From positions 353,404-417,403 of the forward strand of contig JABHGM010000001.1 of the NCBI GenBank assembly GCA_018672055.1: a DNA stretch of 64,000 nt. The letters are read 5' to 3'. Position numbers and translations under genes: made by a program. Position 1 is the first letter of the stretch; the number at the start of each line of letters is the position of its first letter. Below the pieces are notes generated by a model, which ran no database searches, was not told where the DNA came from, and saw only the letters and a program-made list of their open reading frames with translations. This stretch comes from a bacterium (GTDB lineage: Bacteria > Patescibacteriota > Patescibacteriia > UBA1558 > UBA10009). Of this stretch, positions 57,672 through 64,000 are shown piece by piece.

Positions 57672-59753
57672 ATGCCAGAAGAATATCCAATAGATAAATA
57701 TCGTAACATTGGAATTATTGCTCATATTGATGCAGGTAAAACAACTGTAACTGAGCGTATTTTATATTACACCGGTAAAAAACATAAGATCGGTGAAGTT
57801 CATGAAGGTGAAGCTGAAATGGATTGGATGGAACAAGAACAAGAAAGAGGAATTACCATTACTTCAGCTGCTACTACATGTTTTTGGAATGATTGTCGTA
57901 TTAATATCATTGATACTCCAGGACATATTGATTTTACTGCTGAAGTACAAAGATCACTCCGTGTTTTAGATGGTGGGGTTACTGTTTTTGATGGTGTGGC
58001 TGGTGTTGAGCCTCAATCTGAGACTGTATGGCATCAAGCTGAAAAATTTAGCTTACCTCAATTATGTTTTATTAATAAGATGGATAGAATGGGTGCTGAT
58101 TTTTATAAAGATTTAGAATCAATTGATGCACGTTTAACTAAAAAAGCTTATCCTATTCAATTACCTATTGGTGCAGCTGAAACATTTGAAGGTATTATAG
58201 ATATTTTAACCCGTAGAGCCTATTATTATAAAGATGATATGGGTAAAGAAATAGAAGAAACTGATGTACCTGAGGATATGAAAGATAAAGTAGAAGAATA
58301 TAGAGCTAAGTTAATTGAAGCAGTTGCTGAAAATGATGAAGATTTAATGAATAAGTATTTAGATGGTCAAGAGTTAGAAATTGATGAAATTAAAAAAGTT
58401 TTAAGAAAAGCAGTACTAGCCTATGAAATGTTTCCTGTATTATGTGGTAGTGCTTTAAAAAACAAAGGTGTCCAATATTTATTAGACGCTGTTGTTGAAT
58501 ATTTACCATCACCTGTAGACGTTCCTGATATTGAAGGTTTTGAATCTGGTGATGAAGAAACTAAATTAACTCGTAAAGCTGATATAACTGAACCTTTTGC
58601 TGCACTTGCCTTTAAAATAGCTACTGACCCTTTTGTTGGTAAGTTAGCTTTTTTTAGAGTTTATTCTGGTACCTTAAAATCAGGTTCTTATCTATACAAT
58701 TCATCTACTGGTAAAAGAGAAAGAGTTGGTAGAATACTTTTAATGCATGCTAATAGCAGAGAAGAAATCGATGAAGCAAAAGCAGGGGATATAGCTGCTG
58801 CTGTTGGTTTAAAAAATACTGTAACTGGTAATACATTATGTGATGAAGATAATCAAATTGTTTTAGAAAATATTAATTTTCCAGATCCAGTTATTTCTAT
58901 TGCTGTTGAACCTAAAACAAAACAGGATCAAGAAAAAATGGGTATGGCCTTACAAAAACTATCAGAAGAAGATCCTACTTTCCAAGTTAAAACAGATGAA
59001 GAAACCTTACAGACTATTATTTCAGGAATGGGTGAGCTTCACTTAGAGATTATTATTGATCGTATGAAACGTGAGTTTAATGTTGAATGTAATGTTGGAC
59101 AACCTCAAGTCGCTTATAGAGAAACTATCAAAAAACTTGCTGAAGCTGAAGGTAAATATATTCGTCAGTCAGGTGGTCGTGGTCAATATGGTCATTGTTG
59201 GATTAGAGTAGAACCACAAGAAGCTGGCAAAGGTTTTGAATTTGATGATGAAATAAAAGGTGGTGCAATTCCTAAAGAATATATCCCAGCTATTGGTAAA
59301 GGTATTAAAGAAGCTGCTGATAATGGCGTACTTGCTGGTTATCAAGTTATTGATTTTAAAGCTACAGTATATGATGGTTCATTTCATGATGTTGATTCAT
59401 CTGAATCTGCATTTAAAATTGCTGGTTCAATGGCTTTTCAAGAAGCTGTTAAAAAAGCAAGTATTATCTTACTTGAACCAATGATGAAGATTGAAGTAAT
59501 TACTCCTGAAGAATTTATGGGTGATGTAATTGGTGATTTAAATTCAAAGAGAGGTCAAATTAATGAGATGACTGAAAGAGGTAATATGAAAGTAGTTGAT
59601 GGTATGGTACCACTTGCATCTATGTTTGGTTATGCAACTTCTTTAAGATCCCTAACTCAGGGTAGAGCTAGTTATTCAATGGAATTTGATAAATATACTG
59701 AAGTTCCTAAAAATGTTGAAGAGAAGATTAAAGAATCAAGAGGTAAGGAATAA
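57672..59753 (+). CDS. fusA: Elongation factor G
   Basis: 693 aa. G1 [10 protein letters not shown]3 DTPGHIDF, G4 NKMD, EF-G domains IV/V. Confidence 0.97.
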   Translation: MPEEYPIDKYRNIGIIAHIDAGKTTVTERILYYTGKKHKIGEVHEGEAEMDWMEQEQERGITITSAATTCFWNDCRINIIDTPGHIDFTAEVQRSLRVLDGGVTVFDGVAGVEPQSETVWHQAEKFSLPQLCFINKMDRMGADFYKDLESIDARLTKKAYPIQLPIGAAETFEGIIDILTRRAYYYKDDMGKEIEETDVPEDMKDKVEEYRAKLIEAVAENDEDLMNKYLDGQELEIDEIKKVLRKAVLAYEMFPVLCGSALKNKGVQYLLDAVVEYLPSPVDVPDIEGFESGDEETKLTRKADITEPFAALAFKIATDPFVGKLAFFRVYSGTLKSGSYLYNSSTGKRERVGRILLMHANSREEIDEAKAGDIAAAVGLKNTVTGNTLCDEDNQIVLENINFPDPVISIAVEPKTKQDQEKMGMALQKLSEEDPTFQVKTDEETLQTIISGMGELHLEIIIDRMKREFNVECNVGQPQVAYRETIKKLAEAEGKYIRQSGGRGQYGHCWIRVEPQEAGKGFEFDDEIKGGAIPKEYIPAIGKGIKEAADNGVLAGYQVIDFKATVYDGSFHDVDSSESAFKIAGSMAFQEAVKKASIILLEPMMKIEVITPEEFMGDVIGDLNSKRGQINEMTERGNMKVVDGMVPLASMFGYATSLRSLTQGRASYSMEFDKYTEVPKNVEEKIKESRGKE

Positions 59754-59774
59754 TTTAAATATATCATATAATAA

Positions 59775-59800
59775 ACCCTGCCTCGTTAGGCAGGGTTTTT
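59775..59800 (+). terminator. Intrinsic terminator after fusA (CCCTGCCT-CGTT-AGGCAGGG + T5)
   Basis: Read directly. Confidence 0.75.
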
Positions 59801-59838
59801 AAGTAGAATAATATGTGCTATAATAAATTAACAAAATT

Positions 59839-60210
59839 ATGAAGAAATTACTTACAATAATGGCAATATTATACTTTATTTCTATAATATTAATGCCACT
59901 TGCTATGCCTAACTGTGGAACCAATGGTTTTCATATGGGCTTTATGGCTGAGAATAATTTTTGTGGTGGTGGTATGGATTTAACTCATATTTCATTTATG
60001 AGAAGTTTAATATTTATTAATTTTATTGTTTCATTTGTTACAATATTTTTTATTTTATTTAAGCAGAGTGTTTTTTCAATAATAAATAATATTAAAGATA
60101 ACTTTAAGATAACTTTAAAACAATTTAATATCTCATATCTGATGAAACCATTTGATAGATTATTGCTGGCATACTCATCGGGTATTATTGAAAATAAGAC
60201 ATTCTGCTAA
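59839..60210 (+). CDS. Hypothetical membrane protein
   Basis: 123-aa ORF, two TM helices. Confidence 0.4.
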   Translation: MKKLLTIMAILYFISIILMPLAMPNCGTNGFHMGFMAENNFCGGGMDLTHISFMRSLIFINFIVSFVTIFFILFKQSVFSIINNIKDNFKITLKQFNISYLMKPFDRLLLAYSSGIIENKTFC

Positions 60211-60251
60211 CATCTTTTAATTATTTTAATTAATCATTAATAACTAAATTT

Positions 60252-60980
60252 ATGTTAGATAATAAACAGAGTGTTTTTTCTTTAATGAAACCAACAACTC
60301 TAATAATAACCGGTATCATTGTTGGTATCTTAGTAGCTTCTACAATAGGTTTTGTAGTCATGCTAGCCAAAGGTACAGATGATAGTAAAAAAACAACTAT
60401 TAATAATGTTGAAGATAATAATATAGCTCCTACGCCTCAAGCACCAGTAGCTGGTAGGAAAGATGTTGTAATTAATTCAGGTGATCATATATTAGGTGAT
60501 CCTAATGCACCTGTTAAGATTGTAGAATTTTCTGATTTTGAGTGTCCTTTCTGTAGCAGACATCATCCAACCTTAAAACAAGTTATGCAAGAATATGGTG
60601 ATCAAGTAGCTTGGGTATACAAGCATTTTCCGCTAGATTCAATTCATAAGGAAGCTCGTCCTGCTGCTGAGGCCTCTGAATGTGTAGCTGACCAATTGGG
60701 TGAAGAGGGTTTCTGGAATTTTACTGATACTATGTTTGCCAACCAAAGAAGTTTAGGTAGCAGTTATTACAAAGAAGTAGCCAGTGAATTAGGTGCTGAT
60801 CTTGATGAATTTAATAATTGTGTTAGTACTGGAAAATTTGCAGATAAAGTAGAGGATGATTACCAACAAGGTTTAAATTTAGGTGTAACTGGTACTCCTG
60901 GTAATTTCATTAATGGTATTGAAGTTAAAGGCGCTATACCATTTGCCACTCTTAAACAAATAATTGATTCAGAATTATAA
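60252..60980 (+). CDS. Membrane-anchored DsbA-like thiol:disulfide oxidoreductase
   Basis: 242 aa. N-terminal TM. Thioredoxin-fold active site FSDFECPFCSRHHP. Confidence 0.8.
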   Translation: MLDNKQSVFSLMKPTTLIITGIIVGILVASTIGFVVMLAKGTDDSKKTTINNVEDNNIAPTPQAPVAGRKDVVINSGDHILGDPNAPVKIVEFSDFECPFCSRHHPTLKQVMQEYGDQVAWVYKHFPLDSIHKEARPAAEASECVADQLGEEGFWNFTDTMFANQRSLGSSYYKEVASELGADLDEFNNCVSTGKFADKVEDDYQQGLNLGVTGTPGNFINGIEVKGAIPFATLKQIIDSEL

Positions 60981-60990
60981 AATTAACTAT

Positions 60991-61386
60991 ATGAATAAAC
61001 AATCATTAATCTTAATAATAATTACATTAATTGCCGTAACTTCTCTTGCAGCTTTAGTAATTTTCCCAAATTATTTCATCTATCGTTTTATGGGGCCAGA
61101 AGGCATGCATGAACATATGACTAAAGTTCGTGAGTATGGTATTCATATGGCTGGGGAAAGAGGGGAATACAATTGTTGCATTGAACCTGATTGTACTATG
61201 TGCTATTCAGAAGGTAATAAATGGAATTATGGCAAAGCTGGTACTTGTGCTTGTGATGATTTTATTGCTCGCGGTGAAGAGCCTTGTCCTCAATGTGCTA
61301 GGGCTTTAGATTGTAGTAGTGATGAGGAAGGTCCAGAGCATGATGGATCAGAAGATCCTGAAGTATGTGTAATTGACTTAGAATAA
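60991..61386 (+). CDS. Exported Cys-rich small protein (12 Cys; hypothetical metal- or disulfide-related)
   Basis: Start set at ATG 60991 (MNKQSLILIIITLIAVTSLAAL signal/anchor); the track ORF begins at 60964 inside dsbA. Cys pattern CC..C..C, C.C, C..C, C. Confidence 0.5.
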   Translation: MNKQSLILIIITLIAVTSLAALVIFPNYFIYRFMGPEGMHEHMTKVREYGIHMAGERGEYNCCIEPDCTMCYSEGNKWNYGKAGTCACDDFIARGEEPCPQCARALDCSSDEEGPEHDGSEDPEVCVIDLE

Positions 61387-61399
61387 CTAATATATAGAA

Positions 61400-61945
61400 A
61401 TGTTGAATTTAATAAAATCTTTTCAAATAGTATTTAAAGAATTTAAGTATATAATATTTGTATTGATTTTTGCTTTTATAATTTTCTTAATTAATTTATG
61501 GTTACCAAACAAGGAGTTATATAAATTAATTATAACCTCGGACAACTTTGATTTATTGGTTAGGTTTAAATTATTTATTTCAACATTTGGTTTGATTAAT
61601 TCTAGTTTCACGTTAGCTTCAAAAAGCATAGTTATTATTCTATCCATTTTAGGTGGTATTAATATCTCAATGTTTATATTTTACTTAAAGACCAGGATCA
61701 CTTTAGAGAAATCTTCGGGTCTTGGTCTTTTAGGTATTATTAGTGGGTTGCTTGGAGTTGGTTGTGCCTCATGTGGCTCTGTAGTACTTTCTACATTAAT
61801 AGGTGTTTCTTTAACTACAGGTATAGTTGATTTTTTACCTTTAAATGGTTTAGAGTTTGGAATCCTTGGAATGATTATAGTTATTTTATCAATTTATTTA
61901 CTTTCTAAGAAAATTTTAAATCCTTTAATTTGTAAAGTTAAATAA
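61400..61945 (+). CDS. Polytopic membrane protein with a CxxC pair (GVGCASCGS)
   Basis: 181 aa, 4 TM helices. GCASCG resembles the GMHCASCA metal-binding motif of the downstream P-type ATPase. Confidence 0.45.
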   Translation: MLNLIKSFQIVFKEFKYIIFVLIFAFIIFLINLWLPNKELYKLIITSDNFDLLVRFKLFISTFGLINSSFTLASKSIVIILSILGGINISMFIFYLKTRITLEKSSGLGLLGIISGLLGVGCASCGSVVLSTLIGVSLTTGIVDFLPLNGLEFGILGMIIVILSIYLLSKKILNPLICKVK

Positions 61946-61955
61946 CATTAAATAT

Positions 61956-64000
61956 ATGAAACATACATATCCAATTAAAGGTATGCATTGCGCTTCATGT
62001 GCTCTGTCAATTGAAAAAGAGTTAAATAAGCTTTCTGAAGTAAAAGAAGTAGTTGTTAATTATGCTAATGAAAAATTAACTCTTGAAGTGGCTGGTGATC
62101 CTGATATAGAAAAACTTAAAAAAGTAATTGGTAGCGTTGGTAATTATGAGTTAATTATTGAAGATGAGCATCATAAAAAGGAAGGTGGTCATCATGATCA
62201 CGGACCTAAAGTAGACAAGCAGAAGAAATTAATGATTTGGTCAATTATTTTAACATTAGGCATATTTCTAATTAATTGGTTTCTAGATATTGAGTCCAAA
62301 AATCTTTTAATGCTTATTTTATCAACGCCAGTACAATTTTATATTGGAGGCCAATTCTATAAAGCAACATGGCCAGCTTTAAAAAGATTTAAAGCTAATA
62401 TGGATACTTTAATAGCTATGGGTACCTCTGTTGCGTATTTTTTTAGCTTAGCTGTTATTATTTTAGAATTAGATTTACATGTATATTTTGAAACTGCTTC
62501 AGCTATTATTACTTTAATAATAGTTGGACGTTATTTAGAGGCTAGAGCTAAATCAAAAGCTTCTAATGCTATTAAGAAATTATTAGAACTTAGTGCTAAA
62601 AAAGCACGTATAATTCGAGATAATAAAGAGATTGAAATTGATATTAGTGAAGTGAAAGTAAATGATAGTATTTTAGTAAAGCCAGGTGAAAAGTTCCCAG
62701 TTGATGGAGAAGTTATTGAAGGACACTCATCAGTTAATGAATCTATGGTTTCAGGTGAAAGTATACCAGTAGAAAAATCAGTAGGTGATTTAGTTATTGG
62801 GGCTACTATTAATCAAAATGGAGTAATTAAGTTCAAAGCAACAAAAGTTGGAAAAGATACAATGCTAGCACAAATAGTTAAAATGGTAGAAGAAGCCCAA
62901 GGTTCTAAAGCACCTATTCAAAGATTAGCTGATTCTATATCTTCTGTTTTTGTACCTACAGTTATTATAATAGCTTTATTTACATTTTTAAGTTGGTACT
63001 TTTTAACTGATATTGGTTTAGCATCATCAATTATTTATTCAGTGGCTGTTTTAGTTATTGCTTGTCCTTGTGCTTTAGGTTTAGCTACACCAACAGCTAT
63101 TATGGTTGGTTCAGGACGTGGTGCAGAAAATGGCATATTGATTAAAAATGCTGAGAGTTTAGAAAGAGCTCATAAAATTACTACAATTGTTTTTGATAAA
63201 ACTGGTACTATAACTAAGGGTAGTCCTGAAGTAGTAAATATTTTAGGAAATAATGATGTTTTAGAAATAGCTTATGCCTTAGAAAAAAATTCAGAACATC
63301 CTTTAGCTCAAGCTGTTATTAATGAAGCTGAAAAGAAAAAGTTAACTCTTAAAAAAGTAAGTGATTTTAAATCAGTAACTGGACGAGGTATTAAAGCTAG
63401 TATTGATAGCAACACATATCTATTAGGTAATTTGCCATTTTTAAATGACAATAGTATTACCTTATCTAATAATCAGGAAGCAGAAATAACTAAAGCTGAA
63501 AGTATGGGTCAGACTGCTTTAATCTTGGCGGGTAAGAATGAATATTTAGGAGTAATTCTAGTAGCTGATCAAATTAAAGAAACTTCTAAGAAAGCTATTG
63601 AGAAATTAAAAGATATGAATGTTAAAACAATTATGTTAACTGGTGATAATGAATTGACTGCTCAGGCTATTACTAAAGAAGTTGGTATTGATCAAGTTTA
63701 TGCAAGACTTATGCCTGATCAAAAAGTTGAGAAGATTAAGGAGCTTCAGAAAAAAAGTGAAGTTGTGGCTATGGTTGGGGATGGTATAAATGATGCACCT
63801 GCTTTAACTCAAGCAGATGTAGGCCTAGCTATTGGTACTGGAACAGACATTGCTATTGAATCAGCAAATATAACATTAGTTCATGGTGATTTATTAAAAG
63901 TAGCAGAAGCTATTAAATTATCTAAAAAAACTGTTCAAAATATTAAACAGAATTTATTTTGGGCTTTCTTCTATAATACTATAGGTATACCTCTTGCAGC
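61956..64000 (+). CDS. copA: Copper/heavy-metal translocating P-type ATPase, N-terminal about 680 aa (runs off the window)
   Basis: Hand translation from ATG 61956: [23 protein letters not shown].. (HMA domain), TM region, phosphorylation motif [10 protein letters not shown] around 63190, [10 protein letters not shown] near the end of the window. Absent from the track because no stop lies in the window. Confidence 0.85.
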   Translation, partial: MKHTYPIKGMHCASCALSIEKELNKLSEVKEVVVNYANEKLTLEVAGDPDIEKLKKVIGSVGNYELIIEDEHHKKEGGHHDHGPKVDKQKKLMIWSIILTLGIFLINWFLDIESKNLLMLILSTPVQFYIGGQFYKATWPALKRFKANMDTLIAMGTSVAYFFSLAVIILELDLHVYFETASAIITLIIVGRYLEARAKSKASNAIKKLLELSAKKARIIRDNKEIEIDISEVKVNDSILVKPGEKFPVDGEVIEGHSSVNESMVSGESIPVEKSVGDLVIGATINQNGVIKFKATKVGKDTMLAQIVKMVEEAQGSKAPIQRLADSISSVFVPTVIIIALFTFLSWYFLTDIGLASSIIYSVAVLVIACPCALGLATPTAIMVGSGRGAENGILIKNAESLERAHKITTIVFDKTGTITKGSPEVVNILGNNDVLEIAYALEKNSEHPLAQAVINEAEKKKLTLKKVSDFKSVTGRGIKASIDSNTYLLGNLPFLNDNSITLSNNQEAEITKAESMGQTALILAGKNEYLGVILVADQIKETSKKAIEKLKDMNVKTIMLTGDNELTAQAITKEVGIDQVYARLMPDQKVEKIKELQKKSEVVAMVGDGINDAPALTQADVGLAIGTGTDIAIESANITLVHGDLLKVAEAIKLSKKTVQNIKQNLFWAFFYNTIGIPLA

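Overview
This is a low-GC (about 30%) bacterial chromosomal segment with tightly packed genes, and most of it is housekeeping. I place the following on the sequence with start/end coordinates: the groES 3' end and groL; a four-tRNA cluster (CAT-anticodon Met or Ile2, Leu-CAA, Lys-CTT, initiator fMet); parA and parB; a short relA/spoT; topA, a folC-like Mur ligase, dprA, pth and der; an LCP-family protein, tRNA-Val, a Nudix hydrolase, lepB and hisS; rpsU, a yqeY-like gene, ybeY, ftsA, ftsZ, nrdR and prfB; cysS, a GNAT acetyltransferase, a comEC split into two ORFs, a stand-alone REC domain and ndk; an MsbA-like ABC exporter, rpmB (missed by the ORF track), an M50 protease and rpsL-rpsG-fusA; and a DsbA-like protein with the start of a copper P-type ATPase. 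Accessory content stands out. A divergent ECF sigma / putative anti-sigma pair sits next to a 1017-aa secreted repeat protein. A dockerin/CARDB protein follows. At 27342-38904 two translationally coupled giant surface proteins (530 and 2597 aa) share an almost identical VirB2/TrbC-like (T4SS-pilin-like) N-terminal two-helix domain, and two thrombospondin-type-3-repeat membrane proteins follow them. Three tandem paralogous membrane-protein cassettes each carry their own terminator-promoter module. Two gene-free islands are present: 19160-19495, a promoter-structured RNA-terminator unit with no ORF, and 52608-53612, a micro-operon of two tiny strong-RBS ORFs plus a 330-nt GC-rich non-coding stretch. 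The giant proteins, large competence-protein content (ComEC, DprA) and lack of Shine-Dalgarno sequences on many genes suggest a Patescibacteria/CPR-like small-genome bacterium using the standard code (inference only; RF2 is present and UGA is not read through in conserved genes).
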